From assembly GCF_055900595.2 (NCBI RefSeq), contig NZ_CM148325.1: a DNA stretch of 64,000 nucleotides; one strand, 5' to 3'. Positions 1 through 10,827 of this stretch are shown piece after piece (position 1 is the first letter of the stretch; every line of letters begins with the position of its first letter). The position numbers and the translations under genes are program-made. The notes under the pieces were generated by a model, which made no database searches, was not told the DNA's origin, and saw only the letters and a list, made by a program, of their open reading frames with translations.

Positions 1-4
1 AGGA

Positions 5-3000
5 ATGCGCAAATTCACACTAAACATATTCACGCTTTCCCTCGGTCTGGCCGTCATGCCGATGGTCGAGGCAGCACCAACCGCTCAGCAACAGTTGCTG
101 GAGCAAGTTCGGTTAGGCGAAGCGACCCATCGTGAAGATCTGGTGCAACAGTCGTTGTATCGGCTGGAACTTATTGATCCGAATAACCCGGACGTCGTTG
201 CCGCCCGTTTCCGTTCTCTGTTACGTCAGGGCGATATTGATGGCGCGCAAAAACAGCTCGATCGGCTGTCGCAGTTAGCGCCGAGTTCAAATGCGTATAA
301 ATCGTCGCGGACCACAATGTTACTTTCTACGCCGGATGGTCGTCAGGCACTGCAACAGGCAAGATTGCAGGCGACTACCGGTCATGCAGAAGAAGCTGTG
401 GCGAGTTACAACAAGCTGTTCAACGGTGCGCCGCCGGAAGGTGACATTGCCGTCGAGTACTGGAGTACGGTGGCGAAAATTCCGGCTCGCCGTGGCGAAG
501 CGATTAATCAGCTAAAACGCATTAATGCGGATACGCCGGGCAATACGGGCCTGCAAAACAATCTGGCGCTATTGCTGTTTAGTAGCGATCGGCGTGACGA
601 AGGCTTTGCCGTCCTGGAACAGATGGCGAAATCGAACGCCGGACGCGAAGGGGCCTCTAAAATCTGGTACGGGCAGATTAAAGACATGCCCGTCAGCGAT
701 GCCAGTGTGCAGGCGCTGAAAAAATATCTCTCGATCTTTAGCGATGGCGATAGCGTAGCTGCTGCGCAATCGCAACTGGCAGAACAGCAAAAACAGCTGG
801 CCGACCCTGCTTTCCGCGCTCGTGCGCAAGGTTTAGCGGCAGTGGACTCTGGCATGGCGGGTAAAGCCATTCCCGAACTACAACAGGCAGTGCGGGCGAA
901 CCCGAAAGACAGTGAGGCTCTGGGGGCGCTGGGCCAGGCGTATTCTCAGAAAGGCGATCGCGCCAATGCGGTGGCGAATCTGGAAAAATCCCTCGCACTG
1001 GACCCGCACAGCAGCAACAACGACAAATGGAACAGTCTGCTGAAAGTAAACCGCTACTGGCTGGCGATCCAGCAGGGTGATGCCGCGCTGAAAGCCAATA
1101 ATCCTGACCGGGCAGAACGCCTGTTCCAGCAGGCGCGCAGTGTCGATAACACCGACAGCTATGCGGTGTTGGGGCTGGGCGATGTGGCGATGGCGCGAAA
1201 AGATTATTCCGCCGCCGAACGTTATTATCAGCAGACCTTGCGTATGGACAGCGGCAACACTAACGCCGTGCGCGGGCTGGCGAATATTTACCGCCAGCAA
1301 TCGCCAGAAAAAGCAGAAGCGTTTATCGCCTCGCTCTCTGCCAGCCAGCGGCGCAGCATTGATGATATCGAACGTAGCCTGCAAAACGATCGTCTGGCAC
1401 AGCAGGCAGAGGCACTGGAAAACCAGGGCAAATGGGCGCAGGCAGCAGCACTTCAGCGGCAACGACTGGCACTGGACCCCGGCAGTGTATGGATTACTTA
1501 CCGACTTTCGCAGGATCTCTGGCAGGCCGGACAACGCAGCCAGGCCGATACGTTAATGCGCAATCTCGCGCAGCAGAAGCCGAACGACCCGGAGCAGGTT
1601 TACGCTTACGGGCTGTACCTCTCAGGTCACGACCAGGACAGAGCGGCACTGGCGCATATCAACAGCCTGCCGCGCACGCAGTGGAACAGCAATATTCAGG
1701 AGTTGGTTAATCGCCTGCAAAGCGATCAGGTGCTGGAAACCGCTAATCGCCTGCGAGAAAACGGCAAAGAGGCAGAAGCGGAAGCGATGCTGCGCCAGCA
1801 ACCGCCTTCCTCGCGTATTGATCTGACGCTGGCTGACTGGGCGCAACAACGACGTGATTACACCGCCGCCCGCACTGCATATCAGAATGTCCTGACGCGG
1901 GAGCCAACTAACGCCGATGCCATTCTTGGTCTGACGGAAGTGGATATTGCTGCCGGTGACAAAGCGGCGGCACGTAGCCAGCTGGCGAAACTGCCTGCTA
2001 CCGATAACGCCTCTCTGAACACACAGCGGCGCGTGGCGCTGGCGCAGGCGCAGCTTGGCGATACCGCAGCGGCGCAGAAGACGTTTAACAAGCTGATCCC
2101 GCAGGCAAAATCTCAGCCACCGTCGATGGAAAGCGCGATGGTACTGCGCGACGGTGCGAAGTTTGAAGCACAGGCGGGCGATCCAACGCAGGCGCTGGAA
2201 ACCTACAAAGACGCGATGGTTGCATCCGGTGTGACCACGACGCGTCCGCAGGATAACGACACCTTTACCCGGCTGACTCGTAACGACGAGAAAGATGACT
2301 GGCTGAAACGCGGCGTGCGCAGCGATGCGGCAGATCTCTACCGCCAGCAGGATCTTAACGTCACCCTCGAGCACGATTACTGGGGGTCGAGCGGCACCGG
2401 TGGTTACTCCGATCTGAAAGCGCACACTACCATGTTGCAGGTGGATGCGCCGTATTCTGACGGGCGGATGTTCTTTCGCAGTGATTTCGTCAATATGAAC
2501 GTCGGCAGTTTCTCCACGAATGCCGATGGCAAATGGGATGACAACTGGGGCACCTGTACATTACAGGACTGTAGCGGCAACCGCAGCCAGTCGGATTCCG
2601 GTGCCAGCGTGGCGGTCGGCTGGCGAAATGACGTCTGGAGCTGGGATATCGGCACCACGCCGATGGGCTTCAACGTGGTGGATGTGGTCGGCGGCATCAG
2701 TTACAGTGATGATATGGGGCCGCTGGGTTACACCGTTAACGCCCATCGTCGGCCCATTTCCAGTTCTTTGCTGGCCTTTGGCGGGCAAAAAGACTCCCCG
2801 AGCAATACCGGGAAAAAATGGGGTGGCGTGCGTGCCGACGGCGTGGGGCTAAGCCTGAGCTACGATAAAGGTGAAGCAAACGGCGTCTGGGCATCGCTTA
2901 GCGGCGACCAGTTAACCGGTAAAAATGTTGAAGATAACTGGCGCGTGCGCTGGATGACGGGCTATTACTATAAGGTCATCAACCAGAACAATCGCCGCGT

Positions 3001-3478
3001 GACAATCGGCCTGAACAACATGATCTGGCATTACGACAAAGACCTGAGTGGGTACTCACTCGGTCAGGGCGGTTACTACAGCCCGCAGGAATACCTGTCG
3101 TTTGCCATTCCGGTGATGTGGCGTGAACGGACAGAAAACTGGTCGTGGGAGCTGGGGGCGTCTGGTTCGTGGTCGCATTCGCGCACCAAAACCATGCCGC
3201 GGTATCCGCTGATGAATCTGATCCCGACTGACTGGCAGGAAGAAGCTGCGCGGCAATCCAACGATGGCGGCAGCAGTCAGGGCTTTGGCTATACGGCGCG
3301 GGCATTACTTGAGCGTCGCGTCACATCCAACTGGTTTGTCGGTACGGCAATTGATATCCAGCAAGCGAAGGATTACGCGCCCAGCCATTTCCTGCTCTAC
3401 GTACGTTATTCCGCCGCCGGATGGCAGGGTGACATGGATTTACCGCCGCAGCCGCTGATACCTTACGCCGACTGGTAA
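5..3478 (+). CDS. bcsC: Cellulose synthase operon protein BcsC (TPR repeats plus C-terminal outer-membrane beta-barrel), 1157 aa, complete
   Basis: Translation recognised as E. coli BcsC across its length; ATG at 5, TAA at 3476-3478; C-terminal aromatic-rich beta-barrel region. Recalled from memory, no search run. Confidence 0.93.
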   Translation: MRKFTLNIFTLSLGLAVMPMVEAAPTAQQQLLEQVRLGEATHREDLVQQSLYRLELIDPNNPDVVAARFRSLLRQGDIDGAQKQLDRLSQLAPSSNAYKSSRTTMLLSTPDGRQALQQARLQATTGHAEEAVASYNKLFNGAPPEGDIAVEYWSTVAKIPARRGEAINQLKRINADTPGNTGLQNNLALLLFSSDRRDEGFAVLEQMAKSNAGREGASKIWYGQIKDMPVSDASVQALKKYLSIFSDGDSVAAAQSQLAEQQKQLADPAFRARAQGLAAVDSGMAGKAIPELQQAVRANPKDSEALGALGQAYSQKGDRANAVANLEKSLALDPHSSNNDKWNSLLKVNRYWLAIQQGDAALKANNPDRAERLFQQARSVDNTDSYAVLGLGDVAMARKDYSAAERYYQQTLRMDSGNTNAVRGLANIYRQQSPEKAEAFIASLSASQRRSIDDIERSLQNDRLAQQAEALENQGKWAQAAALQRQRLALDPGSVWITYRLSQDLWQAGQRSQADTLMRNLAQQKPNDPEQVYAYGLYLSGHDQDRAALAHINSLPRTQWNSNIQELVNRLQSDQVLETANRLRENGKEAEAEAMLRQQPPSSRIDLTLADWAQQRRDYTAARTAYQNVLTREPTNADAILGLTEVDIAAGDKAAARSQLAKLPATDNASLNTQRRVALAQAQLGDTAAAQKTFNKLIPQAKSQPPSMESAMVLRDGAKFEAQAGDPTQALETYKDAMVASGVTTTRPQDNDTFTRLTRNDEKDDWLKRGVRSDAADLYRQQDLNVTLEHDYWGSSGTGGYSDLKAHTTMLQVDAPYSDGRMFFRSDFVNMNVGSFSTNADGKWDDNWGTCTLQDCSGNRSQSDSGASVAVGWRNDVWSWDIGTTPMGFNVVDVVGGISYSDDMGPLGYTVNAHRRPISSSLLAFGGQKDSPSNTGKKWGGVRADGVGLSLSYDKGEANGVWASLSGDQLTGKNVEDNWRVRWMTGYYYKVINQNNRRVTIGLNNMIWHYDKDLSGYSLGQGGYYSPQEYLSFAIPVMWRERTENWSWELGASGSWSHSRTKTMPRYPLMNLIPTDWQEEAARQSNDGGSSQGFGYTARALLERRVTSNWFVGTAIDIQQAKDYAPSHFLLYVRYSAAGWQGDMDLPPQPLIPYADW

Positions 3479-3559
3479 GTTTTCAGATAGCGCCTCTCTT
3501 AATGCCGCTGCGATCGGGTATACTCGGGCGGCAATCTGGGATTTCCGGGGGGAGACAAT

Positions 3560-5548
3560 TTGCGCGTAAGTCGCTCGTTAACAATCAAGCAGATGGCAAT
3601 GGTGGCAGCCGTTGTCCTGGTGTTCGTTTTTATTTTTTGCACCGTTTTGCTGTTCCATCTGGTCCAGCAGAATCGCTATAACACGGCTACGCAACTGGAA
3701 AGCATTGCTCGCTCTGTCCGCGAACCCTTATCTTCTGCCATTTTGAAAGGCGATATTCCCGAAGCGGAAGCTATTCTTGCCAGCATTAAACCGGCAGGCG
3801 TGGTCAGCCGTGCCGATGTGGTGCTGCCTAACCAGTTCCAGGCGCTGCGTAAAAGTTTTATTCCAGAGCGTCCGGTGCCGGTAATGGTTACTCGCATGTT
3901 TGAGCTACCGGTGCAAATCTCGCTGGGCGTTTACTCGCTGGAACGTCCGGCAAACCCGCAGCCAATTGCCTATCTGGTGCTACAGGCGGATTCCTTCCGC
4001 ATGTATAAGTTCGTGATGAGCACCCTCTCGACGTTAGTGACCATTTACTTACTTTTGTCGTTAATATTGACGGTGGCGATTAGCTGGTGCATTAACCGCC
4101 TGATTTTGCATCCGTTACGCAATATTGCTCGTGAACTTAACGCCATCCCAGCCCAGGAGCTTGTTGGTCACCAACTGGCATTACCACGTCTGCATCAGGA
4201 CGATGAAATCGGTATGCTGGTGCGCAGTTACAACCTCAACCAGCAATTGCTGCAGCGCCATTATGAAGAACAGAACGAAAATGCGATGCGCTTCCCGGTG
4301 TCGGATTTGCCGAACAAAGCCTTGCTGATGGAGATGCTGGAGCAGGTTGTCGCGCGTAAACAAACCACCGCGCTGATGATTATCACCTGTGAAACCCTGC
4401 GTGATACTGCGGGCGTGCTGAAAGAGGCGCAACGAGAAATTCTGCTGCTGACGCTGGTGGAAAAACTCAAATCGGTACTGTCGCCACGTATGATCCTCGC
4501 GCAGATTAGTGGTTATGACTTTGCTGTCATTGCCAACGGTGTACAGGAGCCGTGGCATGCTATTACTTTAGGTCAGCAAGTGCTCACTATCATGAGCGAG
4601 CGCCTGCCGATTGAACGTATTCAACTCCGTCCGCACTGTAGCATTGGCGTGGCGATGTTCTACGGCGATCTCACCGCCGAACAGCTTTACAGTCGCGCTA
4701 TTTCTGCGGCATTTACCGCTCGCCATAAAGGTAAGAATCAGATTCAGTTCTTTGATCCGCAGCAGATGGAAGCCGCCCAACAGCGGTTGACGGAAGAGAG
4801 CGATATCCTTAATGCACTGGAAAATCATCAGTTTGCGATTTGGTTACAGCCACAGGTCGAGATGACCAGCGGTAAACTGGTCAGTGCGGAAGTGTTACTG
4901 CGTATCCAGCAACCGGATGGCAGTTGGGATCTGCCGGATGGCTTAATCGATCGCATTGAGTGCTGTGGGCTGATGGTTACCGTCGGTCACTGGGTGCTGG
5001 AAGAGTCCTGTCGACTGCTGGCTGCCTGGCAAGAGCGCGGCATTATGTTGCCCTTGTCGGTAAACCTCTCAGCGCTGCAACTGATGCACCCGAATATGGT
5101 GGCGGATATGCTGGAGCTGTTAACCCGCTATCGCATTCAGCCGGGAACGCTGATTCTGGAAGTGACAGAAAGCCGACGTATTGACGACCCTCATGCAGCG
5201 GTGGCAATCCTCCGTCCGTTGCGTAATGCCGGCGTTCGGGTGGCGCTGGATGATTTCGGCATGGGCTACGCAGGGCTGCGTCAGCTGCAGCATATGAAAT
5301 CGTTGCCAATCGACGTGTTAAAAATCGACAAAATGTTTGTTGAAGGCTTGCCGGAAGATAGCAGCATGATTGCTGCAATTATCATGTTGGCGCAAAGCCT
5401 GAACTTACAAATGATTGCCGAAGGCGTGGAGACTGAAGCACAACGCGACTGGCTGGCAAAAGCGGGCGTTGGTATTGCCCAGGGCTTCCTTTTTGCTCGC
5501 CCACTCCCTATTGAAATCTTCGAAGAGAGTTACCTGGAAGAAAAGTAG
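3560..5548 (+). CDS. pdeK: c-di-GMP phosphodiesterase PdeK (YhjK); membrane-anchored, HAMP-like linker, degenerate GGDEF and EAL domains
   Basis: Translation matches YhjK; EAL-domain motifs near the C-terminus. TTG at 3560 is preceded by a GGGGAG Shine-Dalgarno about 5 nt upstream; in-frame ATGs at 3593 and 3599 are alternatives, so the start is uncertain. Confidence 0.85.
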   Translation: MRVSRSLTIKQMAMVAAVVLVFVFIFCTVLLFHLVQQNRYNTATQLESIARSVREPLSSAILKGDIPEAEAILASIKPAGVVSRADVVLPNQFQALRKSFIPERPVPVMVTRMFELPVQISLGVYSLERPANPQPIAYLVLQADSFRMYKFVMSTLSTLVTIYLLLSLILTVAISWCINRLILHPLRNIARELNAIPAQELVGHQLALPRLHQDDEIGMLVRSYNLNQQLLQRHYEEQNENAMRFPVSDLPNKALLMEMLEQVVARKQTTALMIITCETLRDTAGVLKEAQREILLLTLVEKLKSVLSPRMILAQISGYDFAVIANGVQEPWHAITLGQQVLTIMSERLPIERIQLRPHCSIGVAMFYGDLTAEQLYSRAISAAFTARHKGKNQIQFFDPQQMEAAQQRLTEESDILNALENHQFAIWLQPQVEMTSGKLVSAEVLLRIQQPDGSWDLPDGLIDRIECCGLMVTVGHWVLEESCRLLAAWQERGIMLPLSVNLSALQLMHPNMVADMLELLTRYRIQPGTLILEVTESRRIDDPHAAVAILRPLRNAGVRVALDDFGMGYAGLRQLQHMKSLPIDVLKIDKMFVEGLPEDSSMIAAIIMLAQSLNLQMIAEGVETEAQRDWLAKAGVGIAQGFLFARPLPIEIFEESYLEEK

Positions 5549-5694
5549 CTACCCCAAACTGATTACAAAACTTTAAAAAGTGCTGGTTTGTGCGAGCCAG
5601 CTCAAACTTTTTAACCTTTTTGTTTCAATTATGATCCAGGTACATTTCTGTGATGTTGTCTGGGTGTTATTTTAAGGCCGCAGGTACCCCATAA

Positions 5695-7017
<1,323 letters not shown>

Positions 7018-7031
7018 TCTCACCACTTATG

Positions 7032-7064
7032 CCCGCACTCCCTTCCCCGAGTGCGGGTGTTTGC
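7032..7064 (+). terminator. Rho-independent terminator candidate downstream of dctA
   Basis: GC-rich inverted repeat CCCGCACTC...GAGTGCGGG followed by TGTTTG; a second hairpin CCTGAACT...AGTTCAGG plus TTTATTT follows at about 7083-7119. Confidence 0.6.
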
Positions 7065-7236
7065 GCATAATTGACCCCTGTGCCTGAACTTACCACCTGG
7101 GTGAGTTCAGGTTTATTTCACTTCTTCCGTGACATTTTCATGTTCTTGCGGTCTAACACGAAGTGTTTTTAATGTCATTTAGACTGACCGACAACGGGCA
7201 GTTTTTTATTACCAGGATAGTTGATCAGGGGTTCAC

Positions 7237-8733
7237 ATGCAGGGCACAAAAATTCGACTTTTAGCGGGCGGTTTGCTGATGATGGCCACTGCTGGCTATG
7301 TGCAGGCAGATGCGCTCCAGCCTGATCCAGCATGGCAACAGGGGACGCTTTCCAACGGTTTACAGTGGCAAGTGCTGACCACGCCCCAGCGTCCCAGCGA
7401 TCGTGTTGAAATTCGCCTGCTGGTTAATACCGGTTCGCTCGCCGAAAGTACACAACAGAGCGGTTACAGCCACGCCATCCCTCGTATTGCGTTAACGCAA
7501 AGCGGTGGCCTTGACGCAGCACAGGCGCGTTCATTGTGGCAGCAGGGGATCGACCCTAAACGCCCGATGCCGCCGGTAATTGTCTCTTATGACACCACGC
7601 TGTTTAATCTGAGTTTGCCCAATAACCGTAACGACTTGCTGAAAGAAGCGCTCTCTTATCTGGCAAATGCCACTGGCAAACTGACTATCACGCCAGAAAC
7701 CATCAACCACGCGTTGCAAAGTCAGGACATGGTGGCAACCTGGCCTGCCGATACTAAAGAGGGCTGGTGGCGCTATCGTCTGAAAGGATCAACCTTGTTA
7801 GGTCACGATCCTGCCGATCCGCTGAAACAACCCGTTGAAGCGGAAAAGATTAAAGATTTCTATCAGAAATGGTACACCCCGGATGCAATGACGCTGCTGG
7901 TGGTGGGAAACGTGGATGCGCGCTCGGTTGTCGACCAAATCAACAAAACGTTTGGCGAACTGAAAGGCAAACGTGAAACACCGGCCCCGGTGCCGACGCT
8001 TTCTCCGCTGCGTCCTGAAGCGGTGAGTATTATGACCGATGCGGTACGTCAGGACCGGTTATCTATCATGTGGGATACGCCGTGGCAGCCAATTCGTGAA
8101 TCAGCCGCACTGCTGCGCTACTGGCGTGCGGACCTGGCCCGTGAGGCGCTGTTCTGGCACGTTCAGCAAGCGTTAAGCACCAGTAACAGCAAAGACATCG
8201 GTCTTGGATTTGACTGCCGTGTGCTGTATCTGCGTGCGCAGTGTGCCATCAACATCGAGTCACCAAACGACAAGCTGAACAGCAACCTTAATTTGGTAGC
8301 GCGTGAGCTGGCAAAGGTTCGCGATAAAGGTCTGCCGGAAGAAGAGTTCAATGCGTTAGTGGCGCAAAAGAAACTGGAGCTGCAGAAACTGTTTGCCGCC
8401 TATGCGCGAGCTGATACCGATATTTTGATGGGGCAGCGGATGCGTTCGTTGCAAAATCAGGTCGTTGATATCGCGCCGGAGCAATATCAGAAACTGCGGC
8501 AGGATTTCCTTAATAGTCTGACGGTAGAGATGTTAAATCAGGATCTGCGCCAGCAGTTGTCGAACGATATGGCGTTAATTCTTCTGCAGCCGAAAGGCGA
8601 GCCAGAATTTAACATGAAAGCGTTGCAGGCGGCCTGGGATCAAATCATGGCCCCATCTACTACTGCTGCCACAACCTCTGTTGCCACGGATGACGTACAT
8701 CCTGAAGTGACGGATATTCCACCCGCACAGTAA
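7237..8733 (+). CDS. yhjJ: Putative periplasmic zinc-dependent peptidase YhjJ (M16 family), 498 aa
   Basis: Translation recognised as YhjJ; N-terminal signal-peptide-like segment. Confidence 0.9.
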   Translation: MQGTKIRLLAGGLLMMATAGYVQADALQPDPAWQQGTLSNGLQWQVLTTPQRPSDRVEIRLLVNTGSLAESTQQSGYSHAIPRIALTQSGGLDAAQARSLWQQGIDPKRPMPPVIVSYDTTLFNLSLPNNRNDLLKEALSYLANATGKLTITPETINHALQSQDMVATWPADTKEGWWRYRLKGSTLLGHDPADPLKQPVEAEKIKDFYQKWYTPDAMTLLVVGNVDARSVVDQINKTFGELKGKRETPAPVPTLSPLRPEAVSIMTDAVRQDRLSIMWDTPWQPIRESAALLRYWRADLAREALFWHVQQALSTSNSKDIGLGFDCRVLYLRAQCAINIESPNDKLNSNLNLVARELAKVRDKGLPEEEFNALVAQKKLELQKLFAAYARADTDILMGQRMRSLQNQVVDIAPEQYQKLRQDFLNSLTVEMLNQDLRQQLSNDMALILLQPKGEPEFNMKALQAAWDQIMAPSTTAATTSVATDDVHPEVTDIPPAQ

Positions 8734-8828
8734 TGCCTGATGGTGATGAGTTAGCACAACCATCAGGTATTTATGGATGAGCTGGATAGAGGGGTAACAC
8801 TTTATCCAGCCTTTTGCATATGCTGCTT

Positions 8829-9758
8829 TTACGCCGGCATCGCCTCACGCGGGATAATCGCGCCGCGATACTGAATAACGGTACTTGCGGTCAGGTGCCC
8901 GCGTTTCGCCGCATTTTCCGCACTGCCGCCCGTCAAACGTACCGCCAGATAACCGGCACTGAAAGAGTCGCCAGCTGCGGTGGTATCGATCACTTTTTCT
9001 TTCGGCAGTTTCACCGCCGGAACATCCACTAACCCTTCGCCAGCAATGGACACCAGGCAAGAATCCGCCCCGCGTTTCACCACCACTTCTTTCACGCCCG
9101 CGTTATGGGTGCGCGCAATGACGTCTTCCACCGGCTGTTGACCCCACAGCGCGTCTTCATCGTCCAGCGTCAGGAAGGCGATATCCGTGCATTCCAGCAT
9201 TTGCTGGTACACCTGCTGTGTCTCTTCTTTGCTGGCCCACAGGCGCGGACGATAGTTATTGTCGAAAATTACTTTTCCGCCGTTGGCGCGGCATTCGCGC
9301 AGCAGGGAAAGCAGCTTTTCGCGGCTGGTCGGGCTTAAGATCGCCAGGCTAATCCCGCTCAGGTAGAGATAATCGAAACTCGCCAGCTCTTCGCAAATCG
9401 CCGCGGATTGCTCACTCTCCAGCCAGAATTTGGCGGCGGCTTCGTTACGCCAGTAGTAGAACGTACGTTCGCCGGTGCTGTCGGTTTCAATGTAGTAAAG
9501 GCCCGGCAGACGGTTTTCCATCCGTTGGGTCAGGGAAGTATCAACGTTCTCGCCGTGCCAGGCGTCCAGCATCTGCTGGCTAAAACTGTCCGTTCCCAGC
9601 GCCGTTACGTAATGAACGGTTAATGCCGCAGGATCGACCTGACGGGCGATATAGACGGAAGTGTTCAGGGTATCGCCGCCGAAACCGCGCTTAACGTCCG
9701 CGCCTTTCTCGGAAAGCTCAATCATGCATTCGCCAATCACGGCAATCTTTTTGGACAT
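8829..9758 (-). CDS. kdgK: 2-dehydro-3-deoxygluconokinase KdgK, 309 aa
   Basis: Translation from MSKKIAVIGECMIELSEKGADVKRGFGGDTLNT recognised as KdgK (PfkB sugar kinase family). The six-frame ORF runs 116 codons further upstream; start trimmed to the conserved Met using the ORF-track frame. Confidence 0.9.
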   Translation of the reverse strand: MSKKIAVIGECMIELSEKGADVKRGFGGDTLNTSVYIARQVDPAALTVHYVTALGTDSFSQQMLDAWHGENVDTSLTQRMENRLPGLYYIETDSTGERTFYYWRNEAAAKFWLESEQSAAICEELASFDYLYLSGISLAILSPTSREKLLSLLRECRANGGKVIFDNNYRPRLWASKEETQQVYQQMLECTDIAFLTLDDEDALWGQQPVEDVIARTHNAGVKEVVVKRGADSCLVSIAGEGLVDVPAVKLPKEKVIDTTAAGDSFSAGYLAVRLTGGSAENAAKRGHLTASTVIQYRGAIIPREAMPA

Positions 9759-9824
9759 AGTCGTGAACCTGATCTGTAAAAAATTAGCGTTAGTTTGCGC
9801 TGTGGTGGTTTGCTGGTCAACCAT

Positions 9825-9843
9825 ATTAAAACAGTGTTCCATT
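9825..9843. promoter_or_regulatory. Candidate KdgR operator in the kdgK-pdeH divergent intergenic region
   Basis: ATTAAAACAGTGTTCCATT resembles the KdgR palindromic consensus (AAATGAAACA-N-TGTTTCATTT) as I recall it; kdgK is a KdgR regulon member. Inference from motif similarity only. Confidence 0.4.
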
Positions 9844-9914
9844 ATTTTTTTGAGCCAGAACGTATTCCTGAAAGATTCCGTTGTGGCGTGGGGAAATTTA
9901 CCCCGGCCAGGCGG

Positions 9915-9941
9915 TAAAGTTCTGCCTTTGCGCGCCGATAA
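9915..9941 (+). promoter_or_regulatory. Sigma-28 (FliA) class 3 flagellar promoter upstream of pdeH
   Basis: TAAAGTTC, 11-nt spacer, GCCGATAA is a near-perfect match to the FliA consensus TAAAGTTT-N11-GCCGATAA, about 50 bp upstream of the pdeH ATG. Confidence 0.7.
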
Positions 9942-9989
9942 TCTTTGTCGAGTCCGGGCAGCATCACTTTTAAACACAGGACATCTTTG

Positions 9990-10757
9990 ATGATAAGGCA
10001 GGTTATCCAGCGAATAAGCAACCCTGAAGCAAGCATCGAGAGCTTGCAGGAACGGCGTTTTTGGTTGCAGTGTGAGCGTGCTTACACCTGGCAGCCGATC
10101 TATCAAACCTGCGGACGGTTAATGGCCGTGGAGCTATTAACGGTGGTCACGCATCCCTTGAACCCTTCGCAACGCCTGCCACCGGATCGCTATTTTACTG
10201 AAATCACCGTCAGCCATCGGATGGAGGTTGTGAAAGAGCAGATTGATTTGCTGGCGCAAAAAGCCGACTTCTTTGTAGAGCACGACCTGCTGGCATCGGT
10301 CAATATTGATGGTCCTACGCTCATCGCCCTGCGTCAGCAACCAAAAATCCTGCGCCAGATTGAGCGTCTTCCCTGGCTGCGTTTCGAACTGGTGGAACAC
10401 ATCCGTCTGCCGAAAGATTCAACCTTTGCCTCGATGTGTGAATTTGGCCCGCTGTGGCTGGATGATTTTGGCACCGGGATGGCAAATTTCTCTGCGCTAA
10501 GTGAAGTGCGTTATGACTACATCAAAATCGCGCGAGAACTGTTTGTGATGCTGCGTCAGTCACCGGAAGGACGCACACTCTTTTCTCAGCTTTTACATCT
10601 CATGAATCGCTATTGTCGCGGGGTGATTGTTGAGGGCGTAGAAACGCCGGAAGAGTGGCGTGATGTTCAGAACTCGCCCGCATTCGCCGCACAAGGCTGG
10701 TTTCTTTCACGCCCGGCACCGATAGAAACGCTGAATTCGGCAGTTCTGGCGCTATAA
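9990..10757 (+). CDS. pdeH: c-di-GMP phosphodiesterase PdeH (YhjH), EAL domain, 255 aa
   Basis: Translation from MIRQVIQRISNPEASIESLQERRFWLQCERAY recognised as YhjH; the six-frame ORF starts 15 codons upstream. Confidence 0.93.
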   Translation: MIRQVIQRISNPEASIESLQERRFWLQCERAYTWQPIYQTCGRLMAVELLTVVTHPLNPSQRLPPDRYFTEITVSHRMEVVKEQIDLLAQKADFFVEHDLLASVNIDGPTLIALRQQPKILRQIERLPWLRFELVEHIRLPKDSTFASMCEFGPLWLDDFGTGMANFSALSEVRYDYIKIARELFVMLRQSPEGRTLFSQLLHLMNRYCRGVIVEGVETPEEWRDVQNSPAFAAQGWFLSRPAPIETLNSAVLAL

Positions 10758-10827
10758 GCTGCCTCATTTTCTGCCTGGCTGGACTATCTTTAGGACTGGC
10801 ACAGGAAGAAATATGAGGAAGCGAATG

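Noticed and set aside
878-2425. Antisense ORFs within bcsC (218 and 267 codons) and similar internal antisense ORFs in dctA, treF, gadA, chuW, prlC and dtpB
   Set aside because: All are fully contained in well-supported genes on the opposite strand, with low-complexity translations and no translation signals.
9721-9780. Apparent one-base offset between the displayed sequence and the ORF-track reading frame around kdgK
   Set aside because: Reading by eye, line 9721 seemed shifted by one A relative to the frame implied by ORFs 9661..9990 and 8829..10106. The computed ORFs read through and neighbouring lines are consistent, so I treat this as my reading or formatting error, not a frameshift, and took kdgK coordinates from the ORF track.
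8829-10106. N-terminally extended six-frame ORFs (kdgK 425 aa; likewise gadA 487, slp 261, chuV 307, chuT 330, gadE 201, rsmJ 285, yhiM 383, rlmJ 297, prlC 693)
   Set aside because: The extensions run into promoters, Fur boxes or the upstream gene and lack ribosome-binding sites. Starts were trimmed to the conserved N-termini I recognise.
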